Assembly: GCA_965219535.1 (NCBI GenBank)
Contig: CBDCNV010000001.1
Span: 1 to 32,000 of the forward strand
Reading direction: 5' to 3'
Source: Opitutales bacterium
GTDB lineage: Bacteria > Verrucomicrobiota > Verrucomicrobiia > Opitutales > PNEW01
DNA length: 32,000 nucleotides
Below the pieces are notes generated by a model. It was not told the DNA's origin and did not search any database. It saw only the letters and a program-made list of their open reading frames with translations. Positions 16,149 to 25,305 of this stretch are shown here, piece by piece (the stretch's first letter is position 1; every line of letters starts with the position of its first letter). The translations under genes and the position numbers were made by a program.

Positions 16149-18368
16149 ATGATTGAAGAAATTGAAATTAAAAGTGTCGCAACCTACGACGGGCCAACTT
16201 CAGAAAAACTATCTGATCTGAAAAAAGTCAACTTTGTGTATGGCTCAAATGGATCGGGAAAAACCACGATTGCCCGCCTCATTGCGAATGAAGAAGATTA
16301 TCCCTGTTGCACGGTGAAATGGTGTGGGGAAGGACCTCTCGATACAATGGTTTACAATCGTGACTTCATCGAAAATAACTTCAACCAATCTGACGAGCTC
16401 AAAGGGATTTTCACGCTCGGAGAGAAAGACAAGGAAACCCTCGACAAGATCGATTCAGCGAAGAAAGAACTGGATTCGATAACGGAATCCATCACGGCGT
16501 TGAATAACACCTTTAAAGGTGAAGATGGCTCTGGCGGAAAGATTGGAGAACTGGAAAAACTTGAATCCGACTTTAAGGAAAGATGCTGGGAGCTGAAACA
16601 GGAGCACGACGCTAAACTCGAGGACGCATTCTCTAGATATCGCGGTAGTAAGGAACTATTCAAAGCGAAGCTTCTTGAGGAGTCAACTAACAACACCGCG
16701 ACATCGGTCCCACTTGTTGACTTGGAGCAAAGGGCTAGAACAGTTTTCCTCAAAGCACCTACGACTGAGCAAATCATTACTGTTCCTAACTGGAAGATTC
16801 TAATCGACCATGAAAATAATCCAATTCTAAGAAAAAAGATCATTGGGAAATCAGACGTGGACATTGCCGCTCTGATTCAGAAACTCGGCAACAGCGATTG
16901 GATTAAAAAAGGACGGGAGTTCTACGATCCGGAAACACGTGTTTGCCCATTTTGCCAACAAGACACTGAAGAATCTTTAGAAAAGAGCCTTGAGGAATAT
17001 TTTGACGAAGCATTCGAGAAAGATTCTGCTGGGATCAACACGCTAGTCGCAGATTACAAGTCATACTCTGAGTGCCTTCAGCAAAGTTTACAGGCGCTCC
17101 TTGACAACCCCTCTGAGCACATTGATATAGAGAAGCTTCAGGCTGGTGTCGAACTACTCGCCTCAAAGATTGGAAACAACATCCGAAACGTTGAAGAAAA
17201 GCAGCGCGAACCAAGTAAATTGGTGGAACTTGAGTCTCTGAAGAATGTGTTGGACAACATCAAGACTCTCATTGATGACGCAAACACTAAGATTGATAAT
17301 CACAACGCGATGGTCTCGAACCTCGCTAACGAAAAGGCTGAACTGACGAGCCAGGTGTGGCGATATCTTCTCGATCATGAGATCAAGAGTGTTTTGACCA
17401 CATACAAGAACTCGAAGTCGAAGCTCAATAAGGCGATAACTAATCTCAAAGATAAAATAAGTACCGCGAATCAGGGAAAAAAAAGGAAAGAGCAAGAAAT
17501 CCAAGCTTTAGAAAAGGATGTAACCAGTATTCAACCAACGATCGACGGGATTAATAATCTCTTGACATCCTGTGGATTCACGGGGTTTAAACTTGCAAAG
17601 TCTGAACGAGATCGGTTCTATAAGATCAAGCGCCCTGACGGATCCGATGCCAAGGAGACCCTTAGTGAAGGCGAGAGTAGCTTTATAGCGTTCCTGTATT
17701 TCTACCACTTGCTCAAAGGGAGTGAATCGGAAACTGGTATGACTTCAGACCGAGTCGTCGTATTCGATGATCCAGTTTCCAGTCTTGATAGCAACATCCT
17801 ATTCATCGTAAGCAGCTTAATTAAAGGCCTCTTTGTTGAAGTAAAAAGCCAGCGCGGAACGATCAAGCAGATTTTCGTTCTCACCCATAACGTGTATTTT
17901 CATAAGGAGGTTTCGTACAATAACAAAAGGTCTGCAAATAAAAAGCTGGATGACGAAACGTTCTGGACTGTCAGAAAGGCCAATCAGCGGTCGAAGATCC
18001 AAAGCCACGAGACCAATCCAATAAAGACTTCCTATGAGCTCCTTTGGAACGAGATCAAGAATCGGTGTAGAGACGATTTAGCGATTCAGAACACGCTACG
18101 CAGGATTCTGGAGTACTACTACACGATTCTCGGAAACGTCGATCTGGACGATATCTGTAATAAATTTGATGGGGAAGAAAGACTGATCTGCAAATCACTA
18201 TTCTCATGGGTTAACGATGGCTCTCACTCCGCTCATGATTCTCTTTATGTATCTATTGATAGCTCGGTGGTTGACAGCTATCTAATCGTGTTCGAGCGGA
18301 TATTTGAAAAGACCGGTCAAATCACTCACTATAAAATGATGATGGGAGAAAATACATCCAATCCTTGA
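16149..18368 (+). CDS. AAA_13-type ABC/Rad50-like ATPase with a PrrC/RloC-like C-terminal nuclease module (putative anticodon nuclease / abortive-infection protein)
   Basis: Motifs in order along the protein:
- Walker A GSNGSGKTT (aa 32-40).
- A very long K/E/L-rich predicted coiled coil containing CPFC (aa 266-269, nt 16944-16955).
- Signature-like LSEGESSF.
- Walker B VVVFDDPVSSLD.
- LTHN switch.
- C-terminal LRRILEYYY (R651-x3-E655) and WVNDGSHS (H693).
Good SD (AGGGGA) 6-11 nt upstream of the ATG. Confidence 0.75.
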   Translation: MIEEIEIKSVATYDGPTSEKLSDLKKVNFVYGSNGSGKTTIARLIANEEDYPCCTVKWCGEGPLDTMVYNRDFIENNFNQSDELKGIFTLGEKDKETLDKIDSAKKELDSITESITALNNTFKGEDGSGGKIGELEKLESDFKERCWELKQEHDAKLEDAFSRYRGSKELFKAKLLEESTNNTATSVPLVDLEQRARTVFLKAPTTEQIITVPNWKILIDHENNPILRKKIIGKSDVDIAALIQKLGNSDWIKKGREFYDPETRVCPFCQQDTEESLEKSLEEYFDEAFEKDSAGINTLVADYKSYSECLQQSLQALLDNPSEHIDIEKLQAGVELLASKIGNNIRNVEEKQREPSKLVELESLKNVLDNIKTLIDDANTKIDNHNAMVSNLANEKAELTSQVWRYLLDHEIKSVLTTYKNSKSKLNKAITNLKDKISTANQGKKRKEQEIQALEKDVTSIQPTIDGINNLLTSCGFTGFKLAKSERDRFYKIKRPDGSDAKETLSEGESSFIAFLYFYHLLKGSESETGMTSDRVVVFDDPVSSLDSNILFIVSSLIKGLFVEVKSQRGTIKQIFVLTHNVYFHKEVSYNNKRSANKKLDDETFWTVRKANQRSKIQSHETNPIKTSYELLWNEIKNRCRDDLAIQNTLRRILEYYYTILGNVDLDDICNKFDGEERLICKSLFSWVNDGSHSAHDSLYVSIDSSVVDSYLIVFERIFEKTGQITHYKMMMGENTSNP

Positions 18369-18485
18369 AAAAGAATCCACACCACCTGAAGATTAGATAT
18401 CCGGGGCAAATATTGGGGCAGCTTTGTTATCTTTTTGATTACAGTCTATTCTATATTAATAATATATGACGCATATTTGGTTGTT

Positions 18486-18790
18486 ACCGCCCGCCGGGTG
18501 GCCCCTAAGGAAATTCTTCTCCGGCACCTGCTCACGCTCGACTACGTGCTGGTGCATCCCGACCTGCCATGGTTTCCGACCGAACCTTCGAGGCATTCGG
18601 GATCGAACGACGCCATCCTCCCTTGCTGGTATATCAGGGAGCGGTGGGGGAGGACCGGCACCATGTCCGGCTCAAGCTGCCGATCGCAGTGGGACAGGAC
18701 CGGACTGTCTTCGTCTACGCCGATCCGGGATACGAGACTGACCTGACCGGCGCTCTTTGTACCAAGTGGAAAGAGAGAGAATCCACTTGA
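18486..18790 (+). pseudogene. GC-rich frameshifted fragment of a conserved hypothetical gene (integrative-element-type)
   Basis: Three overlapping frames each carry protein-like text: EILLRHLLTLDYVLVHPDLPWFPTEP / EAFGIERRHPP / LKLPIAVGQDRTVFVYADPGYETD. The composition is abruptly GC-rich relative to both flanks. Family identity is not established. Confidence 0.3.
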
Positions 18791-19012
18791 GGTGGAAGTC
18801 AGATCAGATTCAGATTGGCCCCATGCTCATATTCGCGACATCCGTCGAACACGCGCAGACAATGGCGGCTGGTCACGACCACATGCTACAGCATAGCAAT
18901 TACTAAAGATTGCTTTTTCTATTTAGCCACCGTGCTATCTTGTAAGTGTATTGTGCAATTGAGGCAGTAAGTTGTATAAATTCTGCTCTTAAAATTACAG
19001 TGATAGAATCTT

Positions 19013-19195
19013 AGTGTTGATAATCAGGTTCGACTCCAACTATTTACCTTGGCTTATAAGCTCAGCAATTTCCTGAGACCTTTGGCTTTACCAAATAGAG
19101 TAAAGGAATGGTCACTGCGAACTCTCAGGGTAAAATTGATTAAGGTGATTTATTTCCTATGGCCTACAACCTGCAGCTTGATCCCATTCTACTGA
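19013..19195 (+). pseudogene. IS1380/IS4-like DDE transposase C-terminal fragment
   Basis: The frame reads SVDNQVRLQLFTLAYKLSNFLRPLALPNRVKEWSLRTLRVKLIKV... This matches the conserved tail (..RLQL..LAYNL.NFLR.LALP.....WSL.TLR.KLIKIGA) of that transposase class, as far as I recall it. There is no upstream catalytic domain. Confidence 0.5.
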
Positions 19196-19206
19196 CAGCC
19201 GTCAGG

Positions 19207-21156
19207 CTAATCATCATCGGTGGGATTACGGAGAAATGTACCCGAATTCTTATATGAGCGATGGGTTGTCCATGATGGACGCCACCATAAATGAACAATA
19301 GATCCAGTTAATTTATCGATATCAAATTGTGCGAGATTGAAACGTAAGCTCTCCCACTCCTTACCATAATGAGCATTGAGCACTGAATGGGGGATTGCTA
19401 CTTCAACTGTGTAACCATTCTCTGTTGGCACCCCGGTAAAATACAAACTTTCAGGTAATTGGCTTCGTTGATGAGAAATAGTCTCCTCAAATGGTTTAGG
19501 ATCAATATAAAGTATAATGGTATCTTTATCTATATCATTATAAGAGGTGATCTTTACTTCGCGTTCAGTTGTCGGTCTCGAATCAATTATTATTCTCAAA
19601 TGATCCTGTGATCTTGTCGTATCATATTTACCCGGTTTACTGATCCATGAATCGTCACGGACATCGAATGCCAGGTAGAGAAAGTCTTTATCGTGTGAGA
19701 GACCGAATTTCAAAGAAGCATCATCCGGGCCTGTCCATGATCTGAGATCTCCTCTCATTTGGCTGGGATTTTTCATCATAAACGGCAACCGATCCCATTC
19801 ACTCAGGTCGCCGTCTACGAATACAGCGTTATTCGCTACCGGGATGATCGGCCAAGTGTCGATCGCGGCCATAACGGTCTCCTCAAAAATAAGATTACCT
19901 GGAAATCCATCAGGATTGAAACTTATATTCAGATTCATCGGCAGCAAAATGACATCCCTATCTTCGAATCTGTTTAAGAAGGTGAACTTTAATTTAATAT
20001 CTTTTTCTGATAGAGGTGCCAGCTGGGTATTTATTGCGTATGGGTCTGGTTGGAGAATGGCGTGCGGTTTGAAATACCCATTTACCTGCATTGGGATTTC
20101 TGCACTGTTTTTTATATGTAGCGCTGTTTCTACGCTTTCATTCTCATCCTTCATTTTCCCGAAGACAGGATGTATATCCAACTCGAAGGACTGCTTCAAT
20201 TTATAGGTTAATTCATCCATTTCTTCAGTCCGAATATCATCATCGTAAATACCATCGAGTGTCAGGTTGACAAGTCGTGGACCTGCATCCATCATCGTTA
20301 CCCACACGATGTGATCGAACTGGCCATGCAAAGGACCTCTTAATTCGCTTCCGCCACCAGTAGTTGCGAAATGATAATACTGGTAATTATTGCGTTCATA
20401 TTTTGTGTAATGATGGAAATGGCCGGCAAACACGGTATGTTTCCGATCTCTGATTAAGGTATCTATTTTCCCCCAACCGGTTCCACGACCACTATCTTCG
20501 TAAGCCCAAAGGGGTTTGTGAATAAAAATAAATGTCCAGCGGACGTCTCTATTTTCAGAAAGCGTTTTCGAAACGTATTGTATTTGTTCATCACCAATTG
20601 AAGTTAGTGAACCGTCCTCGCTATGAAGAATAAGAAAAAGTACATCATGATAAATAAAATGGTAATACCTGGGACCGAAATGCGTTTCCCATATCTCGTT
20701 TGAATATGGGCTCCAAGTATCATGATTGCCCGCTACGTAGAAAAACTTCATTTCAAGGGCGTTAACTATTTTATTAAAATCATCCCACTCCCGGTTAATC
20801 TGTTCTTCGTTATCGTAGGAACCTGAGATGAGATCGCCGATACTCATAACGAATTCAGGTTGTAAGAGATTTATTTTTCGTATTGCTTCCTCAAAAATTC
20901 CATCTCGCATTCCTCCCGTGCGATCGGAAATAATAACAAATTGAAAATTATCGGGGTCGTTCAGCAGATTAACATCGGTCCATGGATTGGGACCAATTTC
21001 TGATTCGAAAAAATTTGTCTCTTCACTGCTACTGTCATCAGCGGGATGGGCATTGAGAATTGCACCCAAAAAAATTGAAGCTAGCATCCAACCGACTGCA
21101 CAATGTGACGTCACACGCATGCGAATTATCTCTGAGCTGGGATTTCCCATATACAA
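19207..21156 (-). CDS. secreted calcineurin-like metallophosphoesterase with a C-terminal CBM9/DOMON-like domain
   Basis: Signal sequence, then phosphoesterase motifs (VIISDRTGG, GDLISG, VAGNHD, FIHKPLW, GHFHHY). The C-terminus (GDLSEWDRLP...LKFGLSHDKDFLYLAFDVRDD) resembles family-9 carbohydrate-binding-like modules. Confidence 0.8.
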   Translation of the reverse strand: MYMGNPSSEIIRMRVTSHCAVGWMLASIFLGAILNAHPADDSSSEETNFFESEIGPNPWTDVNLLNDPDNFQFVIISDRTGGMRDGIFEEAIRKINLLQPEFVMSIGDLISGSYDNEEQINREWDDFNKIVNALEMKFFYVAGNHDTWSPYSNEIWETHFGPRYYHFIYHDVLFLILHSEDGSLTSIGDEQIQYVSKTLSENRDVRWTFIFIHKPLWAYEDSGRGTGWGKIDTLIRDRKHTVFAGHFHHYTKYERNNYQYYHFATTGGGSELRGPLHGQFDHIVWVTMMDAGPRLVNLTLDGIYDDDIRTEEMDELTYKLKQSFELDIHPVFGKMKDENESVETALHIKNSAEIPMQVNGYFKPHAILQPDPYAINTQLAPLSEKDIKLKFTFLNRFEDRDVILLPMNLNISFNPDGFPGNLIFEETVMAAIDTWPIIPVANNAVFVDGDLSEWDRLPFMMKNPSQMRGDLRSWTGPDDASLKFGLSHDKDFLYLAFDVRDDSWISKPGKYDTTRSQDHLRIIIDSRPTTEREVKITSYNDIDKDTIILYIDPKPFEETISHQRSQLPESLYFTGVPTENGYTVEVAIPHSVLNAHYGKEWESLRFNLAQFDIDKLTGSIVHLWWRPSWTTHRSYKNSGTFLRNPTDDD

Positions 21157-21445
21157 TTATATATTTTAGCTCAGCTACGTCACTGAACCTCTTTTACAAT
21201 AGAAAATCAAATTGATCTCAAAATTCAATGTTTCCAGCTTTATTTTGAAAATATTTCAGCCACAATAATAGCAAAAACACGAATTTGGCCACTGATTATC
21301 GTTTCTTTGACGTAACTCAACCAGTGTCCACATCTGAAATCCAAGTTTTACAGCAATTCTTGGCATTAACCATACCCAATGCCCGCAGGTTTTAACTGAT
21401 GGATGCGTTCCAGGATTTCCTCAAACAACCTTTTGAAACCAACAC

Positions 21446-21515
21446 TGATCGGACCCCGTTATTCGTACCAATTTTTAAGTGAGAACCATTCCGTGAGTTA
21501 TCTGTTGTTGGTTCA
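21446..21515 (-). mobile_element. IS-B right-terminal fragment
   Basis: TGATCGGACCCCGTTATTCGTACCAATTTTTAAGTGAGA... has the same tip as 3868, 7127 and 14584 (reverse complement). Similarity fades after ~70 nt. Confidence 0.65.
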
Positions 21516-21527
21516 GAGGGTGCTGGT

Positions 21528-21640
21528 TTCATTCGGCCTCCTGCCGAATACGCCCAGTGAGCCATGTCTAAGCAAATCAAAACCCTTATCACCCTGCCGG
21601 ATCTAACACTGGCTATGGTACAGTTAACGGGAGCAGGTCA
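21528..21640 (+). mobile_element. IS-A 3' fragment (last transposase codons plus ~90 nt downstream)
   Basis: TTCATTCGGCCTCCTGCCGAATACGCCCAGTGA (..RPPAEYAQ*) and the following GCCATGTCTAAGCAAATCAAAACCC...CTAACACTGGC align with the reverse complement of about 4440-4560. Confidence 0.65.
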
Positions 21641-21901
21641 GCCAATATTTAAAGTCCCATCCTTTACTGATGATCGAATGTAGGACGCTATGTTATCATC
21701 ACATTCAATAGCGAGTGACTCCTCATCACCCTGGGTGATAAGTAAAAATCCACTCCCACTGATAGAAACTTTGTCGAACCCAGCGACTGATCGGGAGTCC
21801 TTTATAATATTTCCAGACCCTTTTACTGTTTTAGCATAGCTGCTGCTGGGCGTAATTAATACTATGGCAATAAAGCTTAAAATAATCATTAGATATTTCA
21901 T
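21638..21901 (-). pseudogene. DUF2807 (GIN-domain, putative adhesin head) N-terminal fragment, 3'-truncated at the IS-A scrap
   Basis: Signal peptide plus GSGNIIKDSRSVAGFDKVSISGSGFLLITQGDEESLAIECDDNIASYIRSSVKDGTLNIG, the first repeats of a family normally ~230 aa long. The ORF ends exactly where the IS-A fragment ends. Confidence 0.5.
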
Positions 21902-22003
21902 AGAATACTATTTCCTCCGCTTATTTAATTAACTGAGATTGGTTCAGATGAGCAATTATAATCGATTTTACACTCCACTAGCAGTTCCAGATCAGCAAGT
22001 CGA

Positions 22004-22765
22004 TTAATCTTGCGCGACCTCGCTTGCCCATTCGACTTTGCTTAGCACGAAATCTTCGACTTCATGACAGATTTCCGCCACATCGTTTGGTGGCTGGGCA
22101 AGCTCTAGGTTTATATAGGTTGCCACGGGTTCCAGGCGCTTAAGGATTTCACTGCAGTCCTGGTGAGCCTGTGCGGCGGCAAGAGCATTCTTCTTGCCGA
22201 GCAGGTACTCGCCGGTGCGGTCCCAGATAAGAATCCGGAGCCAATAGATGATATTATTGGTCCGCGCGTCCCGTTCGTCGATCGGTGGTGGATAGGAGCG
22301 GCCCCATCCACCTAAAATATCCGGAATGAGTGCAACAAGCGAGCGATGCATGTCCTTGTGCGAAGGCTCAGGTATATCATTTAGATTGAGTTCACCAATA
22401 ATCACGCGGCCCTGTCGCTTCAACTGCAGGATCTCGAAGGCTTCATCCCCCAAGGCACCGTAGGGGGGTAAGAGGTCACGCTCGCGGACGGCATACCCCC
22501 CGAAACCCTTGCGAAGGCCAGTTTCAGCCCAGTACCGTTTAGCCATCGTGGAAACCGCTCCTAGCGTAACTTCATCGCAGCGATCGCGCGAGATTACAAC
22601 CAGGTCGATGTCACTTCGACCCGGTGTATAGCTTCCAGCTGCCAGGGACCCGACAACCACCGCCGCCACAAAATTGACATCAAGCAGCTCTGCCGCTTCA
22701 TCAGCGAAGCGCTTTGCAATATCCCACGCTCCCGTCTCAGGGATAATGTGTTGAGGCGCTGGCAT
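22004..22765 (-). CDS. nucleotidyltransferase-domain protein, ANT(3'')/AadA-like architecture
   Basis: NTase motif VVGSLAAGSYTPGRSDIDLVVI, plus a C-terminal helical region (ERDARTNNIIYWLRILIWDRTGEYLLGKKNALAAA) resembling the AadA-type second domain. Confidence 0.6.
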   Translation of the reverse strand: MPAPQHIIPETGAWDIAKRFADEAAELLDVNFVAAVVVGSLAAGSYTPGRSDIDLVVISRDRCDEVTLGAVSTMAKRYWAETGLRKGFGGYAVRERDLLPPYGALGDEAFEILQLKRQGRVIIGELNLNDIPEPSHKDMHRSLVALIPDILGGWGRSYPPPIDERDARTNNIIYWLRILIWDRTGEYLLGKKNALAAAQAHQDCSEILKRLEPVATYINLELAQPPNDVAEICHEVEDFVLSKVEWASEVAQD

Positions 22766-22795
22766 AATTGGATTTTTAGTAGTTGGTAATAAGTA

Positions 22796-23608
22796 TTAAA
22801 ACGTATCTTCACCATGCAGCCATCGAAATCCCCCGGGCCATTCTCGATTACTCATCTCTAAAATTGAACGGCAATAGTCATTGATACCGCTCGTGGTGTA
22901 GTCAAAATCATTACTCTGCAAGACAAAATAATTTACAATAGCCACACCTGTAAATTGGCCAACGTTGGTACAATAAGCTGTCGGACCCTGGTGCAACTCA
23001 ATCAAGGAGGGCTGATTCATGAGATCCCACGTTGATGCCGGTGATCCATCGGGATGTCTATAGACTAGAGCCGTTGAAGAGTCTACCGCACCCCACTTTC
23101 CGTTACGATACGCCTCGATAATTACATGACCGTTGTATGCTTCATTGGTATTATATAAGTTTATTATTCGACTCGGTACGCCCACAATCTGACAAAAAGA
23201 ACAAGCAACCCGCGCAATATCGGTACACCAGTCCGAACCACGATCGATGATTTCTTCTTCCGTGCCACCAAATATCATGGTGTCTAGTGTTTCGCCAGTG
23301 AATCTATCCGCAAACTTTGCGGTGAACTGAACAATGCATTCTATGCACTTGTCAGAAGAAACACTATCAGCTGTTATTTCTTCAATGCACGCTTCCAATT
23401 TTACTCGAGACCCCTTTATATAGCTGACCTCGATCGGTGTATACTCAGTATACAGATAAGTTTCTGTTTCAGAACACAAGCGGACCATTTGCTCCGTCAA
23501 TACTCGGTCAACTGAACCGGGCGCGTGGGTATCATTATCAAGCATCATTTGATAAGCTGGTCCAAATTGGGCACTACCCATGAATCTGGAATAATTCACT
23601 TTCATCAA
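22796..23608 (-). CDS. transglutaminase-like cysteine protease superfamily protein
   Basis: Cys-His-Asp core in family order: GSDWCTDIARVACSFCQIVGVPSRII, NGHVIIEAY, GKWGAVDSS. Confidence 0.7.
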   Translation of the reverse strand: MMKVNYSRFMGSAQFGPAYQMMLDNDTHAPGSVDRVLTEQMVRLCSETETYLYTEYTPIEVSYIKGSRVKLEACIEEITADSVSSDKCIECIVQFTAKFADRFTGETLDTMIFGGTEEEIIDRGSDWCTDIARVACSFCQIVGVPSRIINLYNTNEAYNGHVIIEAYRNGKWGAVDSSTALVYRHPDGSPASTWDLMNQPSLIELHQGPTAYCTNVGQFTGVAIVNYFVLQSNDFDYTTSGINDYCRSILEMSNREWPGGFRWLHGEDTF

Positions 23609-23654
23609 TACATCGTCGGTGCTCTTTGAGGCTTAAGGTTGGAAAGCTCTGGCC

Positions 23655-24521
23655 CTAAATCTCCATACCGTAGTGGTCGTGGAAGAGCTTCGCGTATTTA
23701 TCTAAAGTCATCTCTCGGCCCAAATTAACCAAGTCTTCATCGGTCATCGCCCGACGACCAGCGCCCCAACTTTTAGCATCCTCACCCACCAGATAGCGGA
23801 GCTTTGGCTGATCGGTTTCCAGTGAGTGCTGTATCGTTTCTGCCACCAACTCGGGTGGAGACGCATTGGGCAACATTTTCGCGGACAGCCGTTCACTACG
23901 CAGATTAAACGCGTGGTAGGGAGAATTGGGATCTGGATTCTGCCGTCCCTTTTCAAAGATCGGTGTTCGAATAAAACCTGGCTCGATGATTACCACCCGG
24001 ATGTTAAAGCGCCGAACTTCCTGTGCCAGGCTTTCACTCGCCGCCTCAAGCGCGAACTTCGATCCGGAGTAAGCGCTGCCCCGAGCGTTTGCCAACCGTC
24101 CCGCGATCGAGGAGATATTGACAATCGCACCGCTTCGGGCCTGGCGCATCGTTGGCAGCACTAATCGCATAATGCGCATCGCGCCGAAGAAGTTGGTCTC
24201 AAAAACAGCCCTCAGCACTTCTTCTGGCATTTCTTCAATTGGTCCGCCCCCGCCGATGCCGGCGTTGTTGACCAACACATTGAGCTGTCCGGCCTGTCCC
24301 AGTACTTTATCCACCGCCTGCTCCGAGGACTTAGGGTCGTTCACATCGAGTTGTATTACCTCAAGTTTCAGTTCTTCCGCTCGGGCCGCTTCATTTAGCA
24401 CATCTGAACCCGTATCCGGATTACGCATACTGGCGAAGACGTGATGTCCCTGGCGGGCTAGATGGAGTGCTGTAGCCTGACCAATACCGGTACTGGTTCC
24501 TGTAATAAGTGTAACTGTCAT
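23655..24521 (-). CDS. short-chain dehydrogenase/reductase (SDR)
   Basis: TGTSTGIG cofactor motif, NNAG, and the S...YSGSK catalytic motif. Confidence 0.9.
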   Translation of the reverse strand: MTVTLITGTSTGIGQATALHLARQGHHVFASMRNPDTGSDVLNEAARAEELKLEVIQLDVNDPKSSEQAVDKVLGQAGQLNVLVNNAGIGGGGPIEEMPEEVLRAVFETNFFGAMRIMRLVLPTMRQARSGAIVNISSIAGRLANARGSAYSGSKFALEAASESLAQEVRRFNIRVVIIEPGFIRTPIFEKGRQNPDPNSPYHAFNLRSERLSAKMLPNASPPELVAETIQHSLETDQPKLRYLVGEDAKSWGAGRRAMTDEDLVNLGREMTLDKYAKLFHDHYGMEI

Positions 24522-24615
24522 GTCTTTTCTCCTCTCATTCTATAGCTTTAAGTTAAGCAATTAAATTCAAGTCTCTGTTGGCATCGCGCTAACATCGCGC
24601 ATCATGGGTGACTTC

Positions 24616-25305
24616 TTACAGTGAATTGTTTAGTACTTTTTTAATATAGGCCACCACTTTGTATTCATACACAAGCTTGATATTTTCCTTGGTAATTCGA
24701 TCGCCAAAATACAGCGTCATCAAAGCAAGAGCGTCGTCAATAGATTCAAACTCAAAGGCGGTTTCAATCAATGAGGTAGAAAATCCATTTTCCAAGTAGA
24801 ACTCCGGCCCTTCTGCAATGGGACGAGAGGCCCAGCTGCAAAATTCATCATCACCTGCATTATCAATGACGATTATCGTTCCTCCATCTTTAACCACGCG
24901 CTCGGCTTCACTCAGGCCCTTTGTTTTATCAACACTCGGAAGAAAATAAGCCCAGGTTGAATAAGCGGCATCGAAGTAATTATCATGAAAGGGGATGTTC
25001 TCAGCAGATCCTTTTGCCCATAACCTATTGTTGTTAAAGTTCATCATTTCGGCCGAAGGCTCCAGGCAGATGACATCGGCACCCGTGATTCGTTTGGCCG
25101 TATAACCATCTCCGGCACCAATATCCAGAATTATGCCCCCAGGTAGATGACTGTTTAGAAATTCAATAACCTTACCCTGCCGATCCATGCTCGACCGCTC
25201 GATCGCAAACATTTTTTGATTATTTGCCCCATAAAATGGAATGACGTCATTCATTTGTAGTGTTCCCCTACCCAACTTTGGATTAACCAACCGGTTTTTT
25301 ATCAA
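24616..25305 (-). CDS. class I SAM-dependent methyltransferase
   Basis: Motif I ILDIGAGDGYTAKRI, followed by VICLEPS and VVKDGGTIIVID. Confidence 0.75.
   Translation of the reverse strand: MIKNRLVNPKLGRGTLQMNDVIPFYGANNQKMFAIERSSMDRQGKVIEFLNSHLPGGIILDIGAGDGYTAKRITGADVICLEPSAEMMNFNNNRLWAKGSAENIPFHDNYFDAAYSTWAYFLPSVDKTKGLSEAERVVKDGGTIIVIDNAGDDEFCSWASRPIAEGPEFYLENGFSTSLIETAFEFESIDDALALMTLYFGDRITKENIKLVYEYKVVAYIKKVLNNSL

Noticed and set aside
19027-19037. GGTTCGACTCC, a tRNA T-arm-like motif suggesting a tRNA gene or att site.
   Set aside because: The flanking bases cannot form the T-stem, acceptor stem or anticodon arm. The motif falls inside the in-frame coding remnant (NQVRLQLF) of the IS1380/IS4-like transposase scrap.
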